Below, one piece after another: positions 14,116 to 26,346 of a stretch of 43,683 nt of DNA. The notes beneath the pieces were generated by a model. It searched no databases. It saw only the letters and a list, made by a program, of their open reading frames with translations, and was not told where the DNA came from. Numbering within the stretch: position 1 is the stretch's first letter; each line of letters begins with the position of its first letter. The translations under genes and the position numbers were made by a program. The DNA comes from Chiloscyllium plagiosum (taxonomy: Eukaryota): assembly GCF_004010195.1 (NCBI RefSeq), contig NC_057719.1, positions 49,461,155 through 49,504,837 of the forward strand, written 5' to 3'.

Positions 14116-15044
14116 CACATGGTGTTGATCGTCTGATCATCTTCTCCCCGTGGCCCCAGCAGTGTCTTCTCTTCACAGTGGTTGGTCTCAAGTTACTGCT
14201 CCTGAGGATGGTGTTGCGGTGATTCTTATATTAGAAGTCGTTCCAACCCCTTTGGGAAAATCTTTAGTGTCCTCCAATAGATCGATCAGAGCTCAAGCAT
14301 CCCAATCAATCAGACCCAACCGGGCGTTGACATGTCGATGGCAGGGTGGTCTTTGGGCATCCATTCCTGGAGGTGTTAGGTGCACATAGGTCAGGTAGTC
14401 TCTCTAAATAAGGGTGTGAGGCACCTCTGTGTTTGGCAAACAACTCGAGGTCCCGATTGCTCTGGGGATGGCCTTCCAGCTGATTAATTCAATTCCAAAT
14501 TCGAGGCTATATTGCATTGTCTGCAGATGCTGGGTCAATTACATACTGTCTGTCTATTGTTGCAGCCCGTCTGGATTCTGCAGCATGTTTATTAGCGCAG
14601 TCACTTTGGTCAAGGCTTGTCTTAATTTCCCAGCATTGCTTGTTTATTGTCCATTTTTCATAAATCCATCATTTTGAGCAGCTTGTCTGACCACACTGGC
14701 TACCCAGTTCACTGCTAGCTCTTCTGAGCCTCCATCTTTAATAGCATTCATCAACATCTCAGAGCATGCTCAATGCACAGCGACCGCTGACATCCACTGT
14801 CTGGTTCTGCATGGTTCAGCACTACAGAGTGCACCATCACTTTTTATTGCAATGCTGCTACCAGGACACTTCATGTGCATAGGGACAGGCACGCAGCTCA
14901 TGGATCAGACCGGGTGCATCTCAGGGCTCTGAGTTCACTCTCTTAGCGTCTATTTCAATGGTCACAGCATCTTTGTCTTATCTTGCCTTACTTTGCCTTT
15001 GTGTGCTTTGTCCCCTCAGTCAGAGCATCGAGGCTCACAGTACT

Positions 15045-15275
15045 TAGAGTCATAGAGATGTACAGTACAGAAACAGACCCTTCAGTCCAATTTGTCCATG
15101 CCAACCAGATATCTAAATTAATATTGTCCCATTTGCTAGCACTTGGCCCATACCCCTCTAAACGCTTCCTATTCATGTACCCATCCAGATACCCTTTAAA
15201 TGTTGCAATTATACCAGTCTTCACCACTTCCTCTGGCAGCTCATTCCATACACGCACCACTCTTTGTGTGAAAGG
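15045..15275 (-). mobile_element. CR1 LINE 3' end
   Basis: Minus ORF VVRVWNELPEEVV...TFKGYLDGYM followed by a CR1 tail. Same family as 43490-43683. Confidence 0.88.
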
Positions 15276-15560
15276 ATGCTAGGGAATTGAGGAAGTCAAT
15301 GCGAGGGATTCAAGCATGCTGCGGTGCAGAGGGGCCCAAAATTGTGAACTGGGAAACAATGCATAAGGAGGGCAGAGACAATCATGAATGGAGGACATGG
15401 GTTACTGTGGGAGAGGGGCTTCTCAGTGATGACTACTATTCTGGCTTTGACAAAGTACAGCACAATCATTGACATGACTAAGCTGTGGGCCTCAGGGGCT
15501 AATGTTGGGAGATGAAAGCTAAAATGAAACAATTAGATGGGAACATGTGGAAGCTCAGTA

Positions 15561-15778
15561 CAGGTACCCCTGCTATCTGAAATAAGAACTTTCCCAGGAT
15601 ACCTTTCATAAGCTGAAAATGGCGTAAAGCAAAAATGCATGATTTATATGGGAAAAAGTATCCCCGTTTTTCGTAAAAGCAAAATTCCTCTTTGGATTCA
15701 TGAAAACAAGTACTAATGTAAGTCTTTCATAGAAGCGAAATTGCGTAAAACCAACATTCGAAAAGTGGGGGATATCTG
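15561..15778. mobile_element. Tc1/mariner-pogo (Tigger-like) MITE
   Basis: TA|CAGGTACCCCTGCT ... AGTGGGGGATATCTG|TA: imperfect terminal inverted repeats with TA on both sides, and no ORF. Confidence 0.65.
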
Positions 15779-16059
15779 TACTGATGTGTTTGTCAGGGAG
15801 TGTCAATAAGAAAGAAACAAAGTTTCGGGTGGACTCCAGGCTGAACCTATGACATCACTGTATCAAGGGCAAATAGTGTTGCCTTCCATTCTCATGTGAC
15901 TCATAAACATGCAATGGAAATGAAAAATGGCAGCGACCACACCAGAACTGGATGGAGTCAGTGATTTGTTTTCTGTCTAAGCACACTTGTGAGATGTTTC
16001 AAAGGGCAATTACATTAATCAGGCACTTACACAATACAAATTGAAAACATCTGTAATTA

Positions 16060-16330
16060 TACAACATTACAGCACAGTACAGGCCCTTTGGCCCTCGATA
16101 TTGTGACTATCTGTGGAACCAATCTGAAGCCCATCTATCCTACACTATTCCATTTTCATCCATATCTTTATCCAATGACCATTTAAATACCCTTAAAGTT
16201 GGCGAGTCTACTACTGTTGCAGGCAGTGTGTTCCAAGCCACTACTACTCACTGAGTAAAGAAACTACCTCTGATATCTGTCCTATATCTATCACCCTTCA
16301 ATTGAAAGCTATGTCCCCTCATGTTAGCCA
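16060..16330 (-). mobile_element. CR1 LINE 3' end
   Basis: Typical tail (acagcacagtacaggccctttggccctcgat) and the C-terminal RT segment on the minus strand. Confidence 0.75.
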
Positions 16331-16734
16331 TAATACCCTGCATGTGAAGGGCATGCAGTGTCCAAATGTGTGGGATACAAATCCTGGTCAGAAACAAACA
16401 ATGTTGACTATGTTAAAGTGTAGGCATGAACAATTTTGCATTTCTTTCTGTCATAACTATAAACATTTGGCTCATCAGGAATAAGTTTTCATATTTAACT
16501 TATTCTAGGCATCGAAACCATATCGTAGAATCAGTTTTGTTGATAATGTTTTCAAGTCGGCCAAACTGAGTTATTCTCTGCCATAAAATTTGATGGAATT
16601 TGCCTTCACTGACTGCACTACTATTCACTTTTGGAAATCAAGCAATTGCTCACTTATTTCAATATATCATTGGTGACCTATGCTTCATTTTGCATGCAGT
16701 TTATCAGTTATTAAACAATGTGTTGGAAAGTGAA

Positions 16735-16945
16735 AACAGAAACTTAGACAAAGTCAAAGAGTTTTACAATATGTAAAGAGGCCCTTCAGCCCATCGTATT
16801 CACACTTGTTTTCGAGTACCTATCTGCCCTAATCCCATTTTCCAGCATTTGGCTCATTATCTTGTTTACTTTGGCATTGCAAGTGTACATCTAAATACTT
16901 TTTAAATGTGGTGAGGGTTCCTATCTCTACCACCCTTTCAAGCAA
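16735..16945 (-). mobile_element. CR1 LINE 3' end
   Basis: Minus ORF NSLLERVVEIGTLTTFKKYLDVHL...NAGKWD. Confidence 0.75.
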
Positions 16946-17430
16946 TGAGTTCCTGGATTGTGCAGCTCCAACAACACTCAAGAAGCTTAACATCATCCAG
17001 GACAAAGCCACTATTTGTTTGGCACTACTTCCACAAACATCCACCCCTTCCACCACTGATACTCAGTAGCAGCAGTGTGTACTATCAACAAGATGCACTG
17101 CAGAAATTCACCAAAGATCCTTACACAACACCTTCCCAAACCGATAATCACTACCATTTAAAAGGTCAAGGGCAGCAGATGTATGAGAACACCACCATCT
17201 GCAATCTCACCTCCAAACCACTCACCATCTTGACTTGGAATCATTCCTTCAGATTTGTTGGGTCAAAATTCTGGAATTCCCTCAGAGCATTGTAGATCCA
17301 AATAACAGCACATGGACTGCAACAGTTTAAGAAGGCAGCTCCCAACACTTTCACAAGGGCAACAAGGCATAGGCAATAAATGCTAGCCAAGCTAGTGACA
17401 CTCACATCACATAAGCAAATGAAAAAAAAG
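16946..17430 (+). mobile_element. LINE 3' end (CR1/L2-related shark family)
   Basis: Decayed APTTLKKLNIIQDKA..., GSKFWNSL, LQQFKKAA, ending in an A-rich tail. Related minus-strand pieces lie near 25945-26070 and 31325-31452. Confidence 0.7.
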
Positions 17431-17639
17431 AATAGAGAGAAACTTTCCCCTTTGTAGAGGGATCAATAAAACAGTGGATAAAAGTGTAGTTGAAAATGGG
17501 ATTTTTCAAAAGAGAAATGAATAAGGTGCAAGCTAAATATTTACCCATGAGAATTAAATACAGGATATCCAAAGCTAGTATACTCTGAATGACTAAGGAT
17601 ATTGATAAGAAAATTGGGACTAAAAAGGAGGCACATAAT

Positions 17640-18300
17640 GCACACAATACCAATTTGCATTTAAACAGCACCTTACAGACAGTAGAATATCCAAGGAGCT
17701 TTAGTGGAGCCTAATCAAACAAAATTAACTATGAGCTACACAAGGAGCTATTTTGGCAGTTGGCAAATGCTTAGTCAAAGATATAGGTTCTAAACACCAC
17801 CATAAAGACAGTAAAAGTAGAGACAGAGAGCTTCAGAGAAGGAATTCCAAATCTGAGGCCTTGGTGGACTGATTAAAATCTGACATGCTCAAGAAGCCAT
17901 AATTGGAGGACCACAGCTAACTTGGAGTGTTGTACAGTTAGAAGACAACATAGAGTTAGGAAAGGGTAAGATCATGAAGGGATTTGAATACAAGGATGAG
18001 AATTTTGAAATCAAACAGTTGTTTAACCAGGAACCAAAGCTGATCTGAGCACAATGGTGATGGATGAATGGGACTTGGTTTGATCTGGGACACGGTCAGC
18101 AATGTTTTGGGGTGAACAGATTTCAGAGAGTTGACCATAAGAAGCCAACTAGGACTGCATTAGAATAATGAAATCAAGAGTTAGGTGGGGGGGGGGGGGT
18201 TTCAGCAGCAGAACTGTTTCAGCCTCAAAATCTGGTAATACTATGGAGATAGAAATAGGCACTGTTAGTGAGGATTCTATAATCAACCCTTGCATATCAG
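17640..18300 (-). mobile_element. L2 LINE 3' fragment
   Basis: Minus ORF PIHPSPLCSDQLWFLVKQLFDFKILILVFKSLHDL matches the L2 C-terminal motif (LHWLPV..RI.FKIL.L.FK.LH). Confidence 0.75.
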
Positions 18301-19480
18301 GTGATACCCGCAATAAAACACTTCATACAATATGTAACTCAAGCCTAATTATTTAAGCTAAATGGTAATATGAAACCTTTCACAGTATGCAATCTACAGT
18401 CAACGTATTAAAGATTGAGACCAGTTGGTGATAAATGAGAGAACAACTATAAGCTTCATTCAGCCAAGTTATTTCTTCTGAGGCCTGTCCAAGATTGTTA
18501 TGGTGTGATTCCCTGGGCTTCCTACACATTATAACAAACACAGCATGTGCTCAGATCTCTATACCAGGCAGTGTTAAGTGTAAACTGAAGCTGTCCATGC
18601 CAACAATACCCCTGTGGATTTCAGCACCTGTGCCCTTTTCACATTTGTAACCAGTAATTACATAGTGATGCCTGTCTTATCACAGCATCTACTTGATTAT
18701 TTATGGCTCTTTTACATAAAATTTAGCTTGCATACACTGAAAAATAGCAGTATAAAGGTTAGGATTTATCATTATCATGTAATTCCCTTTAACTACATGA
18801 GATAAGGAAGAACTGTTGGTGTGAGGCTAAGGATTCCATCCACATTATCATAACATCTTTTAAATTACAGTTTGCAATTTTAAAATGAACATGAATATTG
18901 CTCTTTGAAATTATTAATGTTTTGTTATATTCAAATATTATAAACAAGAAAATTAGCAGAGTTATTTCAAATCTCTTTAGTTTTGTTTACCACCATTTTT
19001 CAGGTTGTCAAGCTGTGCATGTATTCCATTATACACTAGGATATATGTCCTGTTGATAGTGAATCGACTTTGGGATGACAGGAAGTGACTCATGCACTGT
19101 GGAATAGCAAGTATCAACCTGCTTTTGCAGTTGGAGTTGAGCTGGATTCCAGTCAATGACGACCATCCTGAGGTATGTTCAGAGTGCAGCACTCAATGTT
19201 GGTTGTATCATTGAATGTGAAGGATAATAATCCGTGTGATCATACAGCCCACTTCTGGTCTTATGAAGGAGAAAATGTCATTCAAGAAATTCAGAAGTGT
19301 TTGAGACTAGAGTGCTGGCTTGAGAACTACCTTTTGCAATGTCTTTGAATGGCTGTAAACTGAGGGGTACTTCTGGCAGAGGTGTAAATCTGATCAAAAC
19401 ATTAGGCTGTTTACACTCATATTCTGGATTAGTGGTGCTGGAAGAGCACAGCAGTTCAGGCAGCATCAGAGGAGCAGTAA

Positions 19481-19516
19481 AATCGACGTTTTGGGCAAAA
19501 GCCCTTCATCAGGAAT
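19481..19516 (-). ncRNA. Minimal hammerhead ribozyme, probably inactivated
   Basis: Minus strand AUUC CUGAUGA AGGGC UUUU GCCC AAAA CGUC GAUU. The catalytic G12 of GAAA is replaced by A. Confidence 0.7.
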
Positions 19517-19563
19517 AAAGGCAGTGAGCCTGAAGGGTGGAGAGATAAGCTAGAGGAGGGTGG

Positions 19564-19790
19564 NNNNNNNNNNNNNNNNNNNNNNNNNNNNNNNNNNNNN
19601 NNNNNNNNNNNNNNNNNNNNNNNNNNNNNNNNNNNNNNNNNNNNNNNNNNNNNNNNNNNNNNNNNNNNNNNNNNNNNNNNNNNNNNNNNNNNNNNNNNNN
19701 NNNNNNNNNNNNNNNNNNNNNNNNNNNNNNNNNNNNNNNNNNNNNNNNNNNNNNNNNNNNNNNNNNNNNNNNNNNNNNNNNNNNNNNNNN
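19564..19790. other. Assembly gap
   Basis: Run of N. Confidence 1.
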
Positions 19791-21555
19791 GGATACAATA
19801 AATGATATTGGTGGATGTGCAGGTAAAACTTTGATGGATGTGGAAGGCTCCATTAGGGCCTTGGGTGGAGGTGAGGGAGGAGGTGTAGGCGCAGGTTTTA
19901 CAATTCCTGCAGTGACAGGATGGGAGGGTGGGTTTTAGAGGGGCATGGACCTGACCAGGTAGTCACGGAGGGAACGGTCTTTGCGGAAGGCGGAAAGGGG
20001 TGGGGAGGGAAATATATCCCTGGTGGTGAGGTCTGTTTGGAGGTGGCGGAAATGTCGGCGGATGATTTGGTTTATGCGAAGGTTGGTAGGGTGGATGGTG
20101 AGCACCAGGGGCGTTCTGTCCTTGTTACGGTTGGAGGGGTGGGGTCTGAGGGCGGAGGTGCGGGATGTGGACGAGATGCGTAGGAGGGCATCTTTAATTA
20201 CGTGGGAAGGGAAATTGCGGTCTCTAAAAAAGGAGGCCATCTGGAGTGTTCTGTGGTGGAACTGGTCCTCCTGGGAGCAGATACGGCAGAGGCGGAGGAA
20301 TTGGGAATACGGGATGGCATTTTTGCAAGAGGTAGGGTGGGAAGAGGTGTAATCCAGGTAGCTGTGGGAGTCGGTGGGTTTGTAGAAAATGTCAGTGTCA
20401 AGTCAGTCATCATTAATGGAGATGGAGAGGTCCAGGAAGGAGAGGGAGGTGTCAGAGATGGTCCAGGTAAATTTAAGATCAGAGTGCAATGTGTTGGTGA
20501 AGTTGATGAATTGCTCAACCTCCTCGCGGGAGCATGAGGTGGCACCAATGCAGTCATAAATATAGCAGAGGAAGAGGTGGGGAGTGGTGCCGGTGTCGGA
20601 AGATCGACTGTTCTACGTAGCCAACAAAGAGACAGGCATAGCTGGGGCCCATACGTGTGCCCATGGCTACCCCTTTGGTCTGGAGGAAGTGGGAGGATTC
20701 GAAGGAGAAATTGTTAAAGGTGAGGACCAGTTCGGCCAAACGAATGAGGGTGTCAGTGGAAGGGTACTGTTAGGGACATCGGGAGAGGAAAAATCAGAGG
20801 GCTTGGAGGCCCTGGTCATGGTGGATGGAGGTGTAGAGGGATTGAATATCCATGGTAAAGATGAGGCATTGGGGGCCGGGAAACATACACCAGTGGCTCT
20901 CAACTTTTATATATCCATGAACCAGTAAGGTTGGGCAGAAGACCCCTGTGGACAACCTGCCAGTCCTACCCAATTTGTTTTGTTTTGCTACTGTAAAGAA
21001 GATACAACAGAATTCATGAAAACAATCAAAGTGCTTTTGATGAGACATCAATGAGGTGATGTCTAATAATACAGAGAGCTTCCACCTCATGTCAGGCTCC
21101 CCAGTCAATAAGTACATCCTCACTGCTTCCAGCCAATTCCAAAATTCTAATCCTGCAATTGTACAATCTATTAGTAATGGAGCGTGTTTGTAGAAGTATA
21201 TTGTTGTTACTCAACATTTACTCAATTTGAGTTGCACATGTGGGAGCCAGTCTGGTTGTGTGGCATCATGCAAGTGGTGGGGTGAGGATTTTGACCTGTT
21301 CCCTCATATGGCCTCGTTTGTCAGTGCCATGCATTCTGAATCAGCACAGGTTCACCTTGAGGAAACCTATGAACTATGATTGGTTAATGGAGCACATTTT
21401 GAGAACCACTGCACTAGACCATCAATTCTGTCGGGTGCTTCCCAATCTATCCCTGACCTTGCATAGAATCTCCACAGAAATAGTATGAAAGCTTCTTTTC
21501 CCATTACTCTGTGTTCCAACCAAAGTTACATAAGAAGGCTGAGTATAAGATACAA

Positions 21556-21573
21556 GAGAGAGAGAGAGAGAGA
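21556..21573. repeat. (AG)n microsatellite
   Basis: Read directly from the sequence. Confidence 0.9.
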
Positions 21574-21679
21574 GGGAAAGACTAATACTAAATGTACTTA
21601 ATGGATTAATATTTAGATCAGAGTATTTTAGCCCTCTAGCCTTATTTACATGCTGTCAGCTGCATGACTAAATTAACTG

Positions 21680-22145
21680 GAACATAGGAGCAAGAGTAGG
21701 CTATTCAGCCCATTCAACCTTCTCCAGCAATCTAGATTATGGATGATCATCTACCTCATATTCCTCAGGCTATTCCCAAAATCCTTGATGTCATTGGTAA
21801 CTAGAAATCTATCAGTCTGTGTCTTAAATTCACTGAAAGACTGAGCTTCCCCTGCTCTTTGGAATAGAGAATTCCAAACCATCACCGGAATGAAGATGTT
21901 CTTCCTTGTCTCAGTCCTGAGTGGTTTGTAATTTATTTTGGGATCGTATCTGTAGGTTTGAGATCTCATAGCCAGGAGAAATATCCTTTTTGCATTCATT
22001 TCATTTTTCCAAGTTTTAGAGAAACAAGCCCAGTCTCCTCAACTTCTCTTCATAAGAAGGTCCAACTATCCCAGATCATAGGAGAACCTCCACTGCACTC
22101 CCTGTTTGGTGAGTATATCCACTTTTAGGCAAGGTACCAGAACTG
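21680..22145 (-). mobile_element. CR1 LINE 3' fragment
   Basis: Minus ORF RTETRKNIF..VWNSLFQRAGEAQSFSEFKTQTDRFL and a CR1 tail. Confidence 0.8.
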
Positions 22146-22784
22146 GAAAGTAGCTGCTGGCTGCTGGGCAAGAGAAACAGTTTGTGCAGCTGAATGTCAC
22201 CAGCTGTTAGTAAAGGAAGGGTCAGCAGAAAACAGTTAACAGATGGTCAGGGGTTTTCAGGTCGGAAGATGAAATTGCAAATTTCCTTGTGAGACCCGAC
22301 CTAGGTATCTGGGGCTGTTTTGTGTATTATGATGATCCCAGATGATAGTAATATTAAACAAGTCAAATCCCAAGGTGAAGACTAACTTGATTAACCCAAG
22401 TATTATTTTGCAATTTGTTTACCAGGACAGTCAGTCATTGAGCATATGCACAAGAGGTTGCCAATGTACTTTTAACAAAGGAACATTAAAATTTATTGCA
22501 TACAAAAGATGTATTTTACACTGTATAAGACGTATTTAAAACCATCTTATTTCAAATATCAGAAAACCATTTTACTCTCAATAACAATCTCATAGATACG
22601 CAAACCTATGGGCTCCTGTCTCCATTTCAAATTTCCTTCTTTAGTTTGCATAGCTGTACCTACCTCCTTTCTGGCAAAATTATGAATTCACTTCATGTTA
22701 TTTCTTTACTTAACACCTGTTCAGATGAGACTTCAACAAACTGCTAACACAGTAATCTTACTCTTCAATATGTGTTCAATAAGA

Positions 22785-24060
22785 CCATAGACAAAGGATC
22801 AGAATTAGGCCATTCACCCCATTGAGTGTTCTTCACCATTTGATCATGGCTGTTATGTTCCTTAATTCCATTCTCCTGCTTTCTCCCCATAAGCTTTGAT
22901 CCCCTTACTAACCAAGAACCTATCTATCTGCACTCCATGAATTCACCTCCACAGCCTTCTACAGCAATGAGTTCCAGAGATTATCCAGCCTCTGGCTGAA
23001 GAAATTCCTCCTCATCTCAATTTTCAAGTGTCGTTCCTTCACTCTGACACAGTTCCCTTGAGTCCTATTCTCTCTTATTAGTAGAAACATCTTCTCCACA
23101 TCCATTTTATCCAGGCCTCTCAGTATTCTGCAAATTTTAATGAAATCCTGCCACCAACAACCTTCCAAACTCCATCAAGTACAGAACCAGAGTCCTCAAC
23201 CTCTCCTCATATGACAAACCCTTCATCCCCAGGATAATTCTTATAAATCTCCTCCAGGCCCCCTCCAACCCCAGCACACTCTTTCTTAGATATGGGGTCC
23301 AAAACTGCTCACAAAATTCCAAATGCGATCTGACCAGAGCTGTACACAGCCTCCTACGTATATCCCAGCTCTTGTATTCTAGCCCTCTCAGCTAATGAAA
23401 GCTAATGTTGCATTTGCCTTCCAAACTGCCACTTGAAGTTAACCTTAAGAGAATGCCCAGCTAGGATTCCTAAGTCCGTTTGTGCTTCAGATGTCTGAAG
23501 CTCTTCCCCATCTAGAAAATAGTCTATGCCTCTACTTATCCTAGCAAAGTGCATTACACTTTTCCATATTATGTTCCATCTGCCACTTCTTTGTCCATTC
23601 TCTTAGCCTGAAAAAGTCCTTCTACAGCTTCTTCACTTACTCAACACTATCTGTCCCTCTACCTGTCTTTGTGCCATCTGCAAACTTACTAACAAAAACC
23701 TCAGTTCCTTCGTCCAGATCATTAATGTATAACATGAATAGTTATGCTCCCAACATTGACCCCTGTAGAACTCCAAACACCAGCTGCCATCCTGAAAAAG
23801 GCACTTTACTCCCACTCTCTGCCAGTCAGTCAATCTTCTATCCATGCCAGTACCTTGCCCCTAACACTCATGGGTGCTTATCTTATTTAGCAGCATCCTA
23901 TGTGTTTGTCAAAGGCCTCTGTAAATCCAAATAGTGTTCACTGGCTCTCATTTGCTTAACTTGCTCATTACTTTCTCAAAGATTCTAACACATTTATTAG
24001 GCATGACCTCCCCATTTCAAAGCCGTGCTCACTCAGTCCTATTTTAGCATGCACTTCCTG
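22785..24060 (-). mobile_element. CR1 LINE RT to 3' end fragment
   Basis: Minus frames include SKFADGTKTG, EFCEQFWTPYLRK..LEG..RRF..I.GMKGLSYEERL and EMRRNFFSQRLDNLWNSL. Confidence 0.88.
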
Positions 24061-26125
24061 TATTCAACAGCTCCGTAGGATATCTTCCTCTCTGATACAT
24101 GAAAGCATTCTGTTTCTGGAGATTTCCTCTTACTAACTTCTAACCCACTCAGGACCATTTTTCTTCCACCCTGACTGTTTGGAAATTGATAAATTGCACT
24201 GATGTCACATGGGTTTTCTCTCTGAAAGAAATCTGCACACTCTTTGACCTTCTGGATGGTCTGTCTTTCTTTTCAAAAGATAACTTGTTTACCCTTGTTT
24301 TTGAAAGCACTGCATTATTCACATCAATTTTTTTTGTAAACAAATCATTTAAATGCATGCAAACTCAGCCAAGCCAAACTCTCAGAACTCAAAATCTAAA
24401 ATGAAAGTAAATCTATGTTTCTCCCTTTTTGATACAAATGGAGAAATACAAATCAAACATAAAACTGGACATGGTTCTGTCTACTTTAGAATCCCAAGTT
24501 TCCAATTAAAAATGATGATATACTATGAAACTTCACTTACCTATGAGGCATCTAGTTAGTTTATGTAGGCATCTCCTCCGCTTGTAGATCTAAGTGAGAA
24601 TTAAATAAGAAGTCAGCTTTAACGGGGTACATTACCTTCTGAGTTTTAACACCTGTGGAGTTAAAGTCAACCACATGGAAAATCTTTTGTGCTCACACTG
24701 GAAAGAGTAAAGCCAATCCATGGCTTCAAGAACACATGATTGTTTGATATGTTTTTCATGGAAAAGGTTCCTAACAGCTCAGAAAATTTTCCCTGTGGCA
24801 TGTTATGCAAGGTGAGTGAGTTACTATTGAACACTGGACCTTATGCTTGTGTGCTAATTAAGCATTTTCATCATAACCTGCCAATATTTAACTTCACAAA
24901 CGCATTGCAGAAATTCACTAAGGGTTTCATTGCAAGTAATGTTATAGTCCGTTCATCTATGATTTTGTCATTTTCCTTCATTTTAGTAAGATTTCTGTAT
25001 TTCAGATATGGGAAGGGGGAGGTGACAATCTATTATCATAAACATTGGACTGAACAGCTATCAAGAGATGCAGTGGGGCATAGTGGAGGACAGATTGTAA
25101 CACTGCACTAATTTACAACACTGGGAATCAAATTATTCAGACTGAGAACTATAGATGGATTTTGTTTAAAGAAATGATGATAGTTCATAACATCTGGAAC
25201 ATTTTGAATACAAACATCAATTCTTGCTGCAAAAAAAATAGTGAAATAAGTCTATGAGCCCTATGGCCAATAGCTTTTAAAATTTCCTCCAAACCAATTG
25301 TCTACAATAAATTCACCTCGTGCAGTAAATTACTTGATAATCCACAGATGCCTTACAGTTATACTAGTTATTTTAGAAAAGAGAACTCCCCTGTGAAGTT
25401 TCTATATTTTCACAGAGTACATGAATTAATAGAAGGCTGTCTAAAAATTGTTTTCACATATTAATTAACCTTCCAGTATTTCATCATTAGTAACTTGCAA
25501 CTGGAATAGAAACACCATTTTTGAATGTATGCTCGAACGCTTCTGGTGCAATGCTTGAACTTCCAAAATACATTCTATCTTCATTGTGTATTGATCCATC
25601 AATCAGCCACAGTTAAGAGCATCACTTTAGCTCAGGGGAAGTCAGAAAGTAATGATCACCTCAGCAATATTATACTACCATATACAACCCTGAAATTCTT
25701 GGGACTAGGAAGGACAAAATGTCTGGTTGCAGTTCTGCACCACAAGACTGCAATCAACTTAGTTACACCAAGACTGCAATCCACTTGCATTGGTACTTTC
25801 AATTACAATAGTGAGAGATTTCTGCCCACTCTCCTACTTCCATGCCTAGATCCAACAAAGCCTAACTCTGTTGAGAGGTTTGGGTGAGTATCTGTCCAAC
25901 ATCAAGTCATGAATTAGTCATGACTTCTTTCAATATTTTTTCTTAACTGTTCACAGGCTGTGGATATTGCTGACTTGGCCAGCATTTATTCTCTTTGGGA
26001 AGGTGACTGTCAGCTGCCTTCTTGAACTGCTGCAGTCCATATCTTGTGGATATAGCTACAGTTCAGGATTTTGGTGTTAGTATTGTTGAATTCATTGCAA
26101 ATGATGTAATGTAGAAGAATTGACA

Positions 26126-26346
26126 ATGGCTGACCATGCACCAAGATTTTCAAATGCTGCACCAGAGACCTTGGTGGAAGACTGGAAAGGAGAGATGTCC
26201 TATATCCTCACACAGTGCCTAAGAGCATGCCGATACGTGCTCAGAAGTGAATGGCAAGAAGTAGTGGAGACGTAAATAGCCAGGGTGTACTTCCAAGGAC
26301 CAGAATTGAATGCAAGAAGTTCAATGATCTCACATAAATTGTCAAT
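26126..26346 (+). pseudogene. Harbinger/PIF transposon Myb/SANT-like gene fragment (NAIF1/MSANTD-type domain)
   Basis: With frameshifts it reads MADHAPRFSNAAPETLVED/LERRDVLYP...EWQEVVE/VNSQGVLPRTRIECKKFNDL, the Myb/SANT-like pattern PRFS..LV..RR.VL..W..V..V...RT...C.KK..DL. Confidence 0.7.

Larger units (their letters stand above)
19423..20882 (-). mobile_element. Penelope-like retroelement (Neptune-type), 5'-truncated pseudo-ORF with RT, linker and start of GIY-YIG; contains an N-gap
   Basis: Minus-strand frames give IFTMDIQSLYTSI, QTKGVAMGTRMGPSYACLF, YKPTDSHSYLDYTSSHP, PLVLTIHP and TCTSTNIIYCI, with stops and frameshifts. A pLTR with a hammerhead core is at the left end. Confidence 0.92.

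Noticed and set aside
13030..14700. Possible solo LTRs (also ~22320-22780 and ~42000-42900)
   Set aside because: They look repeat-like, but I could not establish TG..CA ends, a TSD or a PBS.
19509..19853. ORFs made of X residues
   Set aside because: Artefacts of the N-gap.
24740..25111. 123-aa + strand ORF with an apparent internal gtgagt...ttcag intron
   Set aside because: No recognisable homology, and the spliced frame stops after about 11 codons.
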